From positions 16,529 through 80,528 of the forward strand of contig CALSMU010000013.1 of assembly GCA_943787535.1 (NCBI GenBank): a stretch of 64,000 nt of DNA, read 5' to 3'. The DNA is from an uncultured Flavobacteriales bacterium (GTDB taxonomy: Bacteria; Bacteroidota; Bacteroidia; Flavobacteriales_D; Parvicellaceae). The position numbers and the translations under genes were made by a program. Positions 37,304 through 47,450 of this stretch are shown piece after piece; within the stretch, counting starts at the first letter, position 1, and each line of letters begins with the position of its first letter. The notes beneath the pieces were generated by a model that worked only from the letters and a program-made list of their open reading frames with translations, was not told the DNA's origin and did no database searches.

Positions 37304-37428
37304 TGTTTTTAATTAAATTGGTTTAATAGTTGATACAATAGAAAGAAAAGAAAAACGTTTTAAAAATTAAGGTATCTGTATATAAATAAAAACAAACATC
37401 TTAAAAGGTAAATCGTAAATCAAATACT

Positions 37429-37436
37429 TACATTTG
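37429..37436 (+). promoter_or_regulatory. candidate -7 box TACATTTG
   Basis: It fits TAnnTTTG and lies 23 nt upstream of the ATG at 37459. Confidence 0.45.
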
Positions 37437-37458
37437 CACGCTGCAAAATTAATAATAA

Positions 37459-38121
37459 ATGATTGCAAGAGAATTAATAACAAATGATGTTCCTCCGATT
37501 CGATCTTCCGAAACGGTAGAAAAAGCTTTAAATTGGTTGGATGAGTTTAAGGTAACTCACTTAGCTGTTGTAGATGGAGTTCAATATCAGGGCTTAGTTT
37601 CTGAAGATATATTATATGATGCAGCATCTTCGGATATGACAATAGCGGATTTAAACCTGACGTTAAATCGCCCTTTTATTTATGAAGATCGGCATATTTA
37701 TGAAGTGATGAAAATGGTTTCGGATATGCAGCTTTCGGTTGCTCCTATTCTAGATAAAAGCGATAATTACCTTGGGTTGACCACGCTTCCATCCTTGATG
37801 CATCTAATTTCCAATACAGCATCGATAAGTGAGCCAGGTTCTGTAATTGTACTCGAATTGAATCAAAATGATTATTCCTTAGGTCATTTGGCCCAAATAA
37901 TTGAAGGCGATGATACTAAAATATTAAGTACCTACATTACTTCTGCTAATGATTCAACACTTATGGAAGTAACTATTAAAGTGAATAGAAAGAACATTCA
38001 GGGAGTTCTTCAGGCTTTAACTCGTTATGATTATTTGGTAAAAGAATCTTATTCAGAAATAGATTATCAAGAAGATATGAAAGATCGATTTGAATCTCTC
38101 ATGAAATACCTGGATATGTAA
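37459..38121 (+). CDS. CBS-domain pair protein
   Basis: Two CBS-like modules (ELITNDVPPI...VTHLAVVDG; IYEVMKMVSDMQLSVAPILD) plus an ACT-like tail. Confidence 0.8.
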   Translation: MIARELITNDVPPIRSSETVEKALNWLDEFKVTHLAVVDGVQYQGLVSEDILYDAASSDMTIADLNLTLNRPFIYEDRHIYEVMKMVSDMQLSVAPILDKSDNYLGLTTLPSLMHLISNTASISEPGSVIVLELNQNDYSLGHLAQIIEGDDTKILSTYITSANDSTLMEVTIKVNRKNIQGVLQALTRYDYLVKESYSEIDYQEDMKDRFESLMKYLDM

Positions 38122-38129
38122 TTGGAATA

Positions 38130-39524
38130 ATGCTTCTCAAATTGCCTAGGCCCCTATATTTTCTTTTTATTTGTTTAGTTTCTCATACCTTTAGTTGGGC
38201 TCAAGACCAAGATGCAATATTTGAAGTTGCCAATATTAGGATTGTTGGGAATGATAGGACAAAAGAATTTGTTATTCATAGAGAATTGACTTTTTCAATT
38301 GGAGATACACTTTCTTATTCACTAATAGAAATAGAGCTAGAAAAGTCTCTGTTAAATTTGAAAAACACATCTCTTTTTAATTTTGTAACTGTCGAACACC
38401 ATCCCGTAGATGATCGATATACAGAGGTGTTGATTGTAGTTACTGAAAGGTGGTATGTTTGGCCATTTCCTATTCTTGAAGTGGCAGATCCAAATTTTAA
38501 TACTTGGCTGGAGACAAAAAACTTGGCAAGAATAAATTGGGGGTCCATGATTATGAATAGAAATTTTAGAGGGAGAAAAGAGAAATTAGGGTTTGTTTTT
38601 CAATTGGGATATTCGAAAAAAGTTGGTTGTTTTTATGATGTTCCCTATACAAAAAAGCATCAGAACTTTGGGTTTGGGGCGTACGCCTCTTATTTTCAAA
38701 ATTATGAGGTTGTTTATGGTACAAATCGCAACAAACGTTTATTTACTAGGCCTACAGGCAAATCCAAAGAGGAGTGGTACAATGCTTTATATATAAAATA
38801 TAGAAATAAGATTTTTGTTTCTCATCAGCTAATTGGTGTTTTTCAAGATGTTAGAGTAGAGGATAGTATCGTGATAAATAACACTAACTACTTTGGAAAT
38901 GGAGAAAGTAGGATGAAATCGCTTGGTTTAAAATATGTTTTTAAAGATGATCATAGAGATAATGCATCATACCCCTTAAAAGGTTATTTTCTGAAAGCAG
39001 AGTTTCAGCATAATGGTTTCAATTTGTTTTCCAATCATTCATTTACCAAATTAGAAAGTGAGGTAAAGAAATTCGACAAGATTGGGGGTGATTTTTATTG
39101 GGCCTCGAGTATAAAAGGAAAATTTACATTTCAAGAGGTTCAAGCTTATTATTTCCAGAATATGCTTGGATATAGTGATTTTGTGCGAGGCTATGAATAT
39201 TATGTAATAGATGGGAAGTATGCATTGTTACTAAAAAGTAATCTTAAGTACAAGGTTGCCTCTTCTAAAAAAACAATTCTACCCGTAGTCCGCAATCCTG
39301 GGATTTCTAATTTTCATTATGCATTTTATTTAAATATTTTTACAGATATTGGTTATGTCGGAGATGATTATTTTAATAATAACTTATTGGCGAACAATAC
39401 GATGGTTGGATATGGTGTTGGTCTTGATTTTGTAACTTATTATGATAAAGTTATTCGAATTGAATTCTCTACGAATAAATTAAACGAATTTGGATTTTTT
39501 CTACATTTTGTTCAACCGATATAA
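38130..39524 (+). CDS. Omp85-superfamily outer-membrane protein (one POTRA-like domain + beta-barrel), second paralogue besides BamA
   Basis: Signal peptide, a POTRA-like segment (IRIVGNDRTKEFVIHRELTFSIGD) and a beta-rich C-terminus ending in an aromatic-rich strand. Assigned from motifs only. Confidence 0.6.
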   Translation: MLLKLPRPLYFLFICLVSHTFSWAQDQDAIFEVANIRIVGNDRTKEFVIHRELTFSIGDTLSYSLIEIELEKSLLNLKNTSLFNFVTVEHHPVDDRYTEVLIVVTERWYVWPFPILEVADPNFNTWLETKNLARINWGSMIMNRNFRGRKEKLGFVFQLGYSKKVGCFYDVPYTKKHQNFGFGAYASYFQNYEVVYGTNRNKRLFTRPTGKSKEEWYNALYIKYRNKIFVSHQLIGVFQDVRVEDSIVINNTNYFGNGESRMKSLGLKYVFKDDHRDNASYPLKGYFLKAEFQHNGFNLFSNHSFTKLESEVKKFDKIGGDFYWASSIKGKFTFQEVQAYYFQNMLGYSDFVRGYEYYVIDGKYALLLKSNLKYKVASSKKTILPVVRNPGISNFHYAFYLNIFTDIGYVGDDYFNNNLLANNTMVGYGVGLDFVTYYDKVIRIEFSTNKLNEFGFFLHFVQPI

Positions 39525-39563
39525 AAGTAGGTTACTTTTGAAGCAGAAAATTAAAATCAAACA

Positions 39564-40439
39564 ATGAAAGTAGCTATCTATTGTAAAAGAGTACCTGATG
39601 AAGCGGTGGTTTCTGTACTGATTCTTGTTAATGAATTAATGAGCAAGCAAGTTCAGCTATACATGAATGCTTCTTTTTGTGATTTTTTAAAGAGTAAAAA
39701 TATATCAGGAAATTTTATTATTGGCTCTTCTCTGGAAGATGTTGACACGGCACCAGACATATTGATTAGCATAGGAGGTGATGGGACCATTTTAGATACC
39801 ATTACAGCAATTGGAGATTCAAAGATACCTATCGTTGGCTTAAATACAGGTAGGCTTGGCTTTTTGGCGAATAATGCCAAAGAAGACGCTAAGCAGATTG
39901 TAGAAATGTTATTGAAGGGGAATTATGAGTTAGAACAAAGGTCATTGTTAAGTCTTGAGACTGATGATAAATTATTTGGGAAAAATAATTTTGCATTAAA
40001 TGAGCTGACGGTTCACAAAAAGGATTCGTCCTCAATGATGACAATACATACATATATAAATGATGAGTATTTGAACTCGTATTGGGCTGATGGTTTAATC
40101 TTGTCAACTCCAACGGGTTCAACGGCATATTCATTAAGTTGCGGAGGCCCAATATTAATTCCACAAGCAAAAAACTTTGTAATAAACCCAATTGCCCCAC
40201 ATAATCTCAGTGCTAGACCTCTTATAGTTCCCGATGATGTAGAGGTAAAATTGCGGATTGAGGGTAGAGAAGATGAGTTTTTAGCGACTTTAGATAGTCG
40301 TACTAGGACGATAAGTAATGATACTGATTTAAAGGTGGTTAAGTCAGATTTTTGCATCAATTTAGTTAAATTCGAAGGGCAGAATTTTTACAAAACCATA
40401 AGGAATAAATTATTATGGGGAGTAGATAAAAGAAATTAA
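39564..40439 (+). CDS. nadK: NAD(+) kinase
   Basis: GGDGT motif (ISIGGDGTILDT), NTGRLGFL, and STPTGSTAYSLS.GGPI. Confidence 0.9.
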   Translation: MKVAIYCKRVPDEAVVSVLILVNELMSKQVQLYMNASFCDFLKSKNISGNFIIGSSLEDVDTAPDILISIGGDGTILDTITAIGDSKIPIVGLNTGRLGFLANNAKEDAKQIVEMLLKGNYELEQRSLLSLETDDKLFGKNNFALNELTVHKKDSSSMMTIHTYINDEYLNSYWADGLILSTPTGSTAYSLSCGGPILIPQAKNFVINPIAPHNLSARPLIVPDDVEVKLRIEGREDEFLATLDSRTRTISNDTDLKVVKSDFCINLVKFEGQNFYKTIRNKLLWGVDKRN

Positions 40440-40577
40440 CTAAATATCCTCCAATAATTCTTATGCTTGTTAAGCAATCTTATTGAAATACCATTAAATT
40501 TGTTTGATTTTGAAAAAGATAATTGGGTATTTAGCAATAAATCACTGAAATTAATGTTTTATTCGCTTGTATTAATC

Positions 40578-41423
40578 ATGATGAGAAGGATTAGCCTCAT
40601 AGTAATTATATTTTTTTCCGTAACAAATGTAACCGCTCAAACTCCTGAAATAGGAGTCTTTGGAGGGGGAGCTTATTACATAGGGGATTTAAATCCTTAT
40701 GCTCATTTTAACCAAACTAATTACGCAGTCGGAATTGTTTATCGTTCTAATTTTGACAATGAGAGAATAGCTTTGCGTATTCAAGCAATATATGGTCAGG
40801 TTGAAGGAAATGACGCTTTTTCGAATGACTTAAATCAATTGAATAGAAACTTGAATTTTAGTTCTTCTATATTAGAAATAGGTCCACTAATTGAAATAAA
40901 TTTTATAGATTATATCGTTGGAGATTTGAGTAGAAAGAAATTTAAATTTCAAACTTTTTATTTGTTAGCTGGCATTACTTATTTCAAAATGAATCCTTTA
41001 GGAAATTATCAAGGTGAAGCTATAGAACTACAACCTTTAGCAACAGAAGGGCAAGAAACATCTCAGAACCCTTCAGTGAAAAGGTATCAATTAAATCAAA
41101 TCAGTATTCCTCTGGGCGTGGGCTACAAGTTTAATGTAACAAAAAGATTTGCTATCTCATTGGAGTATGGAATTCGAAAAACTTTTACGGATTATTTAGA
41201 TGACGTTAGTGGTCGGTATCCCGATTTGCAGTTATTATCTCAGGAGGCAGGTCAGCTTTCGGCATACATGAGTGATAGAACATTAAATGAGGAAGGCTAC
41301 ACTGATATGAATTATGGTATGTCGCGCGGAAACTCTAAAAATAAAGATTGGTATTCTTTTTTCGGAGCCATTATTAGTTTTAGAATATTTGACCACGAAA
41401 CGTGCAGCAAAAGATTCAAATAG
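40578..41423 (+). CDS. outer-membrane beta-barrel protein (DUF6089-like)
   Basis: Signal peptide MMRRISLIVIIFFSVTNVTAQ, alternating beta-strand pattern, and a position between nadK and uppS. The upstream TTG extension was rejected. Confidence 0.6.
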   Translation: MMRRISLIVIIFFSVTNVTAQTPEIGVFGGGAYYIGDLNPYAHFNQTNYAVGIVYRSNFDNERIALRIQAIYGQVEGNDAFSNDLNQLNRNLNFSSSILEIGPLIEINFIDYIVGDLSRKKFKFQTFYLLAGITYFKMNPLGNYQGEAIELQPLATEGQETSQNPSVKRYQLNQISIPLGVGYKFNVTKRFAISLEYGIRKTFTDYLDDVSGRYPDLQLLSQEAGQLSAYMSDRTLNEEGYTDMNYGMSRGNSKNKDWYSFFGAIISFRIFDHETCSKRFK

Positions 41424-41505
41424 CTTCTCATAGATTTAAAATTCACAAAAAACCATAAATCATTTCACAAAGTCCTTATATTTCCTCAAATTCGCAGGAA
41501 TTTTT

Positions 41506-42255
41506 ATGAGTTACAAAAACCAAATAGATTTAACCAAAGTTCCGCAGCATGTAGCTATGATCATGGATGGCAATGGACGTTGGGCTCAACAAAAAGGAGA
41601 AGAAAGAGTATTTGGTCATATTAATGGAGTTGATTCTGTAAGGGAATCGCTTACAGCCGCTGGTGAAATAGGTGTAAAATACCTTACACTTTATGCCTTT
41701 AGTGCAGAGAATTGGAATAGACCAAAAGAAGAAATTGATGCTTTAATGGATTTATTGGTTAAAACGATTGCATCTGAGGTAGATGAATTAAATGAAAATA
41801 GCGTGAAACTTCAAGCAATAGGAGATACAGGTAATCTTCCGGAAAGTTGCCAAGAAGCCTTGTCTGGAGCTATTAAGAAAACAAAGAATAATACAAGGGT
41901 AACATTGAACTTAGCCTTAAGCTATAGCTCTAAGTGGGAAATGACCAAAGCAATTCAAGAAATTGCAAATGAGGTTAAAGGAAAAAATATTTTACCAAGT
42001 GAAATAAATGAGGAATTAATAAGTTCTTATCTCAGTACTCGAAATATTCCGGATCCTGAATTGTTAATTCGCACAAGCGGAGAGGCAAGGATAAGTAATT
42101 TCATGTTGTGGCAACTGGCCTATGCAGAGTTGTATTTTACTGAAACGCTTTGGCCAGACTTTAAGAAGGAGAATTTTTTCGAAGCAATATTAAATTACCA
42201 AAACCGAGAAAGAAGGTTTGGAAAAACAAGTGAACAAATATCTGAAAATGAATAA
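41506..42255 (+). CDS. uppS: isoprenyl transferase (undecaprenyl-diphosphate synthase)
   Basis: HVAMIMDGNGRWA, LTLYAFSAENWNRP, and IRTSGE.R.SNF.LWQ.AYAE. Confidence 0.95.
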   Translation: MSYKNQIDLTKVPQHVAMIMDGNGRWAQQKGEERVFGHINGVDSVRESLTAAGEIGVKYLTLYAFSAENWNRPKEEIDALMDLLVKTIASEVDELNENSVKLQAIGDTGNLPESCQEALSGAIKKTKNNTRVTLNLALSYSSKWEMTKAIQEIANEVKGKNILPSEINEELISSYLSTRNIPDPELLIRTSGEARISNFMLWQLAYAELYFTETLWPDFKKENFFEAILNYQNRERRFGKTSEQISENE

Positions 42256-44806
42256 AGTTATTTTAATACTTCTGCTTGTTATTTCAAGTGTTTTAGGTTC
42301 TAAAGTGTCAGCCCAAAATGCTGCCGTAGATTATTTGTCACCAAAGAAGTATACGCTTGCAGGAATAGTTGTGGATGGTGTTCGGAATTTTGATCATAAT
42401 CAAATTATCAATAAAACTGGACTTGTAAGAGGGGAGCAGGTTACCATTCCTGGTGACAATATTACTAAGGCTATAAATAATTTATGGAAGGAGAAGCTTT
42501 TTTCCGATGTACAGATTGTTGCAGAAAAAATCCAAGGGAATGATATCTTTTTAGTGATAAAACTACAAGAAAGAGAAAGATTGTCTCGTTACAGTTTTAA
42601 AGGTGTTTCCAAATCCGAAGCAAACAAAATCAGAGAGGTTTTAGACTTGTACACGGGTAAAATTATTACCGAAGATTTGCTGTTGAGAGTAAAACAAACT
42701 AGCAGAAACTATTTCATTGATAAAGGTTATCTAAAAACTAAGGTAAATGTTGTTTCCCAGCCGGATACATTGATAAATAATAGTGCTCAACTTACGATCA
42801 AAGTAAAAAAAGGAGAGAAGATTAAAATCAGTAAAATTCTTATCGAAGGCAATGAAAAACTTTCGGATGGTAAAGTTAGAAGAGCAATGAAAAAGACCAA
42901 ACAGAAAAGATGGTATTTTTTCAATATTGGTTCTAAGTTTATGCAATCGAATTTTGCAAATGACAAAAGACATGTGATTGAGAAGTACAAAGAACTTGCT
43001 TTTAGAGATGCAGAAATAACATTTGATACATTGTACAGCGTTGATGAGAGGTCAATCAATATTAAAATGAAGATTGATGAAGGAAATAAGTACTTTATTA
43101 GAAATGTTGATTGGGTTGGTAATCTAAAATATTCTTCAGGAAGGCTGGATACGATTTTGGGAATTAAACCCGGAGATGAGTATAATCAGGCAACATTAGA
43201 AACGCGACTTTTTATGAATCCTGGAGGTTCTGATGTGTCCTCATTATATATGGATGATGGATATTTGTTTTTCCAATTAACACCGGTAGAAACACAAGTC
43301 ACTAGTGATTCTGTAGATTTGGAATTACGTATTTATGAAGGGAAACAGGCAAGAAATAGAAACATAACAATTATTGGGAACTCAAAAACCAGTGATCATG
43401 TAATTCTGCGTGAAATTTATACAAAGCCAGGAGACTTGTTTAGCAGGGATGCTGTTATTCGAACACAACGGCAATTAGCGCAAAATGGTTATTTTGACCC
43501 GGAAAAACTGGCTGTAAACCCCAAGCCTAATCCTGCAGATGGCACAGTAGATATTGAGTATGTTGTTGAAGAAAAGCCAAGTGATCAGATTGAACTTTCT
43601 GGTGGTTGGGGAGCAGGAAGAGTAGTTGGCACATTGGGAGTTGTGTTTAATAATTTTTCAAGTAGAAAGTTTTTTAGAGCATCTGAGTGGAAGCCATTAC
43701 CATCAGGTGATGGGCAGCGTTTAAGTATTAGAGCTCAATCGAATGGGTACTTTTTTCAATCTTACAATGCTTCATTTACTGAGCCATGGTTGGGAGGGAA
43801 AAAACCAAATTCATTAAGTGTTTCAATTTTTCATTCAGTTCAAGCATCTGACCCTGTGAATTACCGTGATTCCACAGACGCAGAAGGTAAAAGAGTAAAA
43901 AACCCAGATAGAAGATATATTAAAATTACAGGAGCTTCAATTGGGTTGGGGAAAAGGTTAAAGTGGCCAGATGATTATTTTACACTCCAATTAATGGCGG
44001 GTTATCAGTATTATGATTTGAATAATTATGGGAATGTATTTTCTTTTTCTGATGGATATGCGAACAACTTATCTTTTCAAGCAACTTTGTCCAGAAATTC
44101 AATAGATCAACCATTGTATCCAAGGACGGGTTCTTCATTTACATTATCAGCTAAAATTACTCCTATGTATTCTTGGTTTGACGGTGTTGATGATTACTCA
44201 GATTTATCGGATCAAGAAAGATACAAGTGGTTAGAGTACAATAAAATTAAATTTACCTCATCCTGGTTTACGCCATTGTCTAAAGATAAAAAATTGGTTA
44301 TTAATGCGAGGCTTGGATTTGGATTTCTTAATGCTTGGAATTCTGATAAGGGAGCTCCGCCTTTTGAACGATTCTTTATGGGAGGCAGTGGTCTTACTGG
44401 ATTCAATCTAGATGGACGTGAAATTATTGCTTTACGTGGTTATGATGATGGGCACATATCCCCACAAGTCAATGGTGGCAGGATAATCAGTAAATACACC
44501 ATGGAGTTGCGTTATCCACTTTCTTTAAATCCATCAGCAACAATTTATATGCTCGGATTTATAGAAGCAGGAAATACATGGAATGATTATAAAAAGTACA
44601 ATCCGTTTCAGGTGAAGCGATCAGCTGGTGTAGGGGTAAGAATATTTTTGCCAATGTTTGGTTTAATGGGGCTTGATTATGGTTGGGGGTTAGATGAGTT
44701 AGATGCAGGAGCGGCTGGAGAATTTATTCACAATTCTGAAATTCAATTAAAGGGCTATCGTGGGCAGTTCCATTTTACCATTGGCATGAATCTTGGGGAA
44801 CTATAA
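42248..44806 (+). CDS. bamA: outer membrane protein assembly factor BamA
   Basis: Signal peptide MNKVILILLLVISSVLGSKVSAQ, five POTRA-like repeats and an Omp85 barrel. The ATG overlaps the uppS stop (ATGAATAA). Confidence 0.9.
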   Translation: MNKVILILLLVISSVLGSKVSAQNAAVDYLSPKKYTLAGIVVDGVRNFDHNQIINKTGLVRGEQVTIPGDNITKAINNLWKEKLFSDVQIVAEKIQGNDIFLVIKLQERERLSRYSFKGVSKSEANKIREVLDLYTGKIITEDLLLRVKQTSRNYFIDKGYLKTKVNVVSQPDTLINNSAQLTIKVKKGEKIKISKILIEGNEKLSDGKVRRAMKKTKQKRWYFFNIGSKFMQSNFANDKRHVIEKYKELAFRDAEITFDTLYSVDERSINIKMKIDEGNKYFIRNVDWVGNLKYSSGRLDTILGIKPGDEYNQATLETRLFMNPGGSDVSSLYMDDGYLFFQLTPVETQVTSDSVDLELRIYEGKQARNRNITIIGNSKTSDHVILREIYTKPGDLFSRDAVIRTQRQLAQNGYFDPEKLAVNPKPNPADGTVDIEYVVEEKPSDQIELSGGWGAGRVVGTLGVVFNNFSSRKFFRASEWKPLPSGDGQRLSIRAQSNGYFFQSYNASFTEPWLGGKKPNSLSVSIFHSVQASDPVNYRDSTDAEGKRVKNPDRRYIKITGASIGLGKRLKWPDDYFTLQLMAGYQYYDLNNYGNVFSFSDGYANNLSFQATLSRNSIDQPLYPRTGSSFTLSAKITPMYSWFDGVDDYSDLSDQERYKWLEYNKIKFTSSWFTPLSKDKKLVINARLGFGFLNAWNSDKGAPPFERFFMGGSGLTGFNLDGREIIALRGYDDGHISPQVNGGRIISKYTMELRYPLSLNPSATIYMLGFIEAGNTWNDYKKYNPFQVKRSAGVGVRIFLPMFGLMGLDYGWGLDELDAGAAGEFIHNSEIQLKGYRGQFHFTIGMNLGEL

Positions 44807-44854
44807 TTCAAATTTTTTAACTTCGCGTAATCAAATAATAAGCACATTCGTTAT

Positions 44855-45364
44855 ATGAAAAAAATAGTTCTAAGTTTACTAACAGTTTTTTTATTGTCAT
44901 CAGCAGCACTCTCTCAAAAATATGCTTTTGTAGATATGAACTATATTTTGAGTGAGATTCCTGCCTACAAGGAAGCGCAAAAAGAGTTGGATGATTTATC
45001 TGAAAAATGGCAAAAAGAAATTGAGTTAGAGTACAAGGAGATAGAAGTGAAATACAAAGCATATCAGCAAGAGCAAATTTTGTTGCCAGAAGATACCAAG
45101 CGACAAAGAGAACAAGAAATTTTTGAAGCTGAAAAAGCAGCAAAAGAATTACAAAAAAAACGTTTTGGTGTTAATGGTAGCATGTTTCAAAAAAGGAAAG
45201 AGTTAATTGAACCAATACAAGATGAAATTTATAGAGCCATAAAAACTATGGCAAAAGAGAAAGGATATGATTTTGTAATGGAGAAAGAAAAAAATTCAAA
45301 TATCTTATACGCCAATCCGAAATATGACAAAAGTGATATCGTATTGAATAAAATAAAAAAATAA
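44855..45364 (+). CDS. OmpH/Skp-family periplasmic chaperone
   Basis: Signal peptide, then KYAFVDMNYIL...P.YK.AQ.ELD and a long coiled-coil arm. Confidence 0.85.
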   Translation: MKKIVLSLLTVFLLSSAALSQKYAFVDMNYILSEIPAYKEAQKELDDLSEKWQKEIELEYKEIEVKYKAYQQEQILLPEDTKRQREQEIFEAEKAAKELQKKRFGVNGSMFQKRKELIEPIQDEIYRAIKTMAKEKGYDFVMEKEKNSNILYANPKYDKSDIVLNKIKK

Positions 45365-45388
45365 ATATAGAACAGTAAAATTACCGAG

Positions 45389-45880
45389 ATGAAAAAATTA
45401 TTTGTAATAGCAGTATTAGCATTAGGAACCATTAGTATGTCAGCACAAAAATTGGGTCATATTAATTCGCAGGAAATGATGGTGCAGATGAAAGAATATA
45501 AAGCAGCAGAAACAGAACTAGAGAGATATCAAGCTGAGTTAATGAGGGAATTAGAGATGTTTGCTACATTAATTAAACAAGATGAAGCCAAGTATATTGA
45601 AGATGAACCAAATTTAACCGAAGAAATAAAAGCTTCTCGTTACCAAGAACTTATGCAGAAGAGTCAAAATTTTCAGGTAAAACAAGGAGAAGCAGAAAAA
45701 AAGTTACAGGATAAAGAGGCAATGTTAATGCAAACGGTACTTAAAAAAATTCAAGAAGCTGTGCAGAAAGTAGCAAAAGAAAATAGTTATACTTATGTAT
45801 TTGATACTTCAAGTCTTCATTTTGCTGGAGGAGAAGATATTACTCCATTATTAAAAAAAGAATTAGGTATTGTTGACTAA
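45389..45880 (+). CDS. OmpH/Skp-family periplasmic chaperone (second copy)
   Basis: Signal peptide, then KLGHINSQEMM and a coiled-coil arm. It is in tandem with the first copy. Confidence 0.85.
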   Translation: MKKLFVIAVLALGTISMSAQKLGHINSQEMMVQMKEYKAAETELERYQAELMRELEMFATLIKQDEAKYIEDEPNLTEEIKASRYQELMQKSQNFQVKQGEAEKKLQDKEAMLMQTVLKKIQEAVQKVAKENSYTYVFDTSSLHFAGGEDITPLLKKELGIVD

Positions 45881-45902
45881 TCAATGATTACTTGTTACAT
45901 TT

Positions 45903-45933
45903 AAAACCACTTACATATGTAAGTGGTTTTTTT
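45903..45933 (+). terminator. rho-independent terminator after the ompH pair
   Basis: Perfect palindrome CCACTTACAT/ATGTAAGTGG followed by T7. It ends immediately before the murI ATG at 45934. Confidence 0.8.
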
Positions 45934-46773
45934 ATGCAAAATAAAATGATAAAGAAAGCCCCCATAGGAGTTTTTGATTCGGGTTACGGTGGATTAACGG
46001 TTCTTTCTGAATTGAGAAAGGCTATGCCAGATAATGATTTTATTTATTTGGGAGATAATGCTAGAGCACCCTATGGTACGCGCTCTTTTGATGTGGTATA
46101 TGAATATACGCTTCAAGCTGTAAAAACATTATTTGACCAAGGGTGTCACTTAGTTATATTAGCATGTAATACGGCTTCGGCTAAAGCTTTGAGAACAATA
46201 CAGCAAAATGACTTGCCAAAAATAGCTCCAGAAAAAAGAGTGTTGGGAGTTATTCGCCCATGTGCAGAAATGATAGATGAGTTTTCTACTACTAAACATA
46301 TTGGAGTTTTAGGAACTGTTGGTACGGTCATATCTGAATCATATGTGCTTGAAATCGAAAAACTCCACCCACACATTGTGGTGAGTCAAGAAGCCTGTCC
46401 AATGTGGGTTCCTTTAGTTGAAGATAACGAATTCAATACTCCAGGAGGAGAGTTTTTTATTAGACAAAGCTTAGAGTCGCTATTATCAAAAGATTCAGCG
46501 TTAGATGCTCTGATTTTAGGTTGTACACATTATCCAATTTTGATAGAGCAAATTAGAAAATTCGTGCCCAATACGGTTAGAGTAATTGCTCAAGGGGAAA
46601 TTGTTGCAAAGAAACTAGTTGATTATCTTAGAAGACATCCAGATATGGCTGATAGGTGTTCTAAGAATGGAATTAAGATGTATTATACTACAGAGAACCC
46701 AAGGTCATTTGAAGAAAAAGCGAGCTTGTTTTTAGATGAAAAGGTTGTTGCAGAGCAAATTCAATTGAGTTAA
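45934..46773 (+). CDS. murI: glutamate racemase
   Basis: IGVFDSGYGGLTV, LACNTASA and LGCTHYP. The tracked TTG start at 45892 runs through the terminator and is rejected. Confidence 0.9.
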   Translation: MQNKMIKKAPIGVFDSGYGGLTVLSELRKAMPDNDFIYLGDNARAPYGTRSFDVVYEYTLQAVKTLFDQGCHLVILACNTASAKALRTIQQNDLPKIAPEKRVLGVIRPCAEMIDEFSTTKHIGVLGTVGTVISESYVLEIEKLHPHIVVSQEACPMWVPLVEDNEFNTPGGEFFIRQSLESLLSKDSALDALILGCTHYPILIEQIRKFVPNTVRVIAQGEIVAKKLVDYLRRHPDMADRCSKNGIKMYYTTENPRSFEEKASLFLDEKVVAEQIQLS

Positions 46774-46790
46774 GATAGCGGTATTCTCAT

Positions 46791-47441
46791 TCACTCAATT
46801 AATCCGTCCTTCATAACCAAAGTGCGATCAGCCATTTTTGCTAAATCTTCATTGTGCGTTACGATTACAAAAGTTTGTTGGAATTTATCTCGCAGGTCAA
46901 AGAATAATTGATGTAATTCTTTAGCGGTTGTGGAATCTAAGTTTCCACTGGGTTCATCTGCTAGAATAAGAGCAGGGTCATTAATTAATGCTCGAGCAAC
47001 ACTTACTCTTTGTTGTTCCCCACCTGAAAGTTCATTTGGTTTGTGCTCTATTCTGTTTTCTAAGCCTAATTGAATTAATAGCTCTTTAGCTCTTTTTTCG
47101 ACTTCTTTTTTATTTCTTTTTCCAATATATCCGGGTAGGCAAACGTTTTCAAAAGCTGTAAATTCAGGCAATAAATGGTGGAACTGGAACACGAATCCGA
47201 TGTTCTGGTTTCTGAATTGTGCTAATTCTTTTTTACCCAAAGCACTAGTAGATTTGTTTTCGAAAATAATATCACCTCCATCTGCACGGTCTAGTGTTCC
47301 AAGAATTTGAAGCAAGGTTGTTTTACCCGCACCTGAAGCTCCAACTACTGATACAATTTCTCCTTTGTTAATAGTGAAGTTAACACCTTTTAGCACTTTT
47401 AAGTCGCCGTAAGATTTAGTTATGTCTTTTGATTCAATCAC
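46791..47441 (-). CDS. ABC transporter ATP-binding protein (LolD/MacB-partner type)
   Basis: Walker [10 protein letters not shown], signature LSGGEQQRV, Walker [16 protein letters not shown] start. Confidence 0.85.
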   Translation of the reverse strand: MIESKDITKSYGDLKVLKGVNFTINKGEIVSVVGASGAGKTTLLQILGTLDRADGGDIIFENKSTSALGKKELAQFRNQNIGFVFQFHHLLPEFTAFENVCLPGYIGKRNKKEVEKRAKELLIQLGLENRIEHKPNELSGGEQQRVSVARALINDPALILADEPSGNLDSTTAKELHQLFFDLRDKFQQTFVIVTHNEDLAKMADRTLVMKDGLIE

Positions 47442-47450
47442 GTTGCTAAG

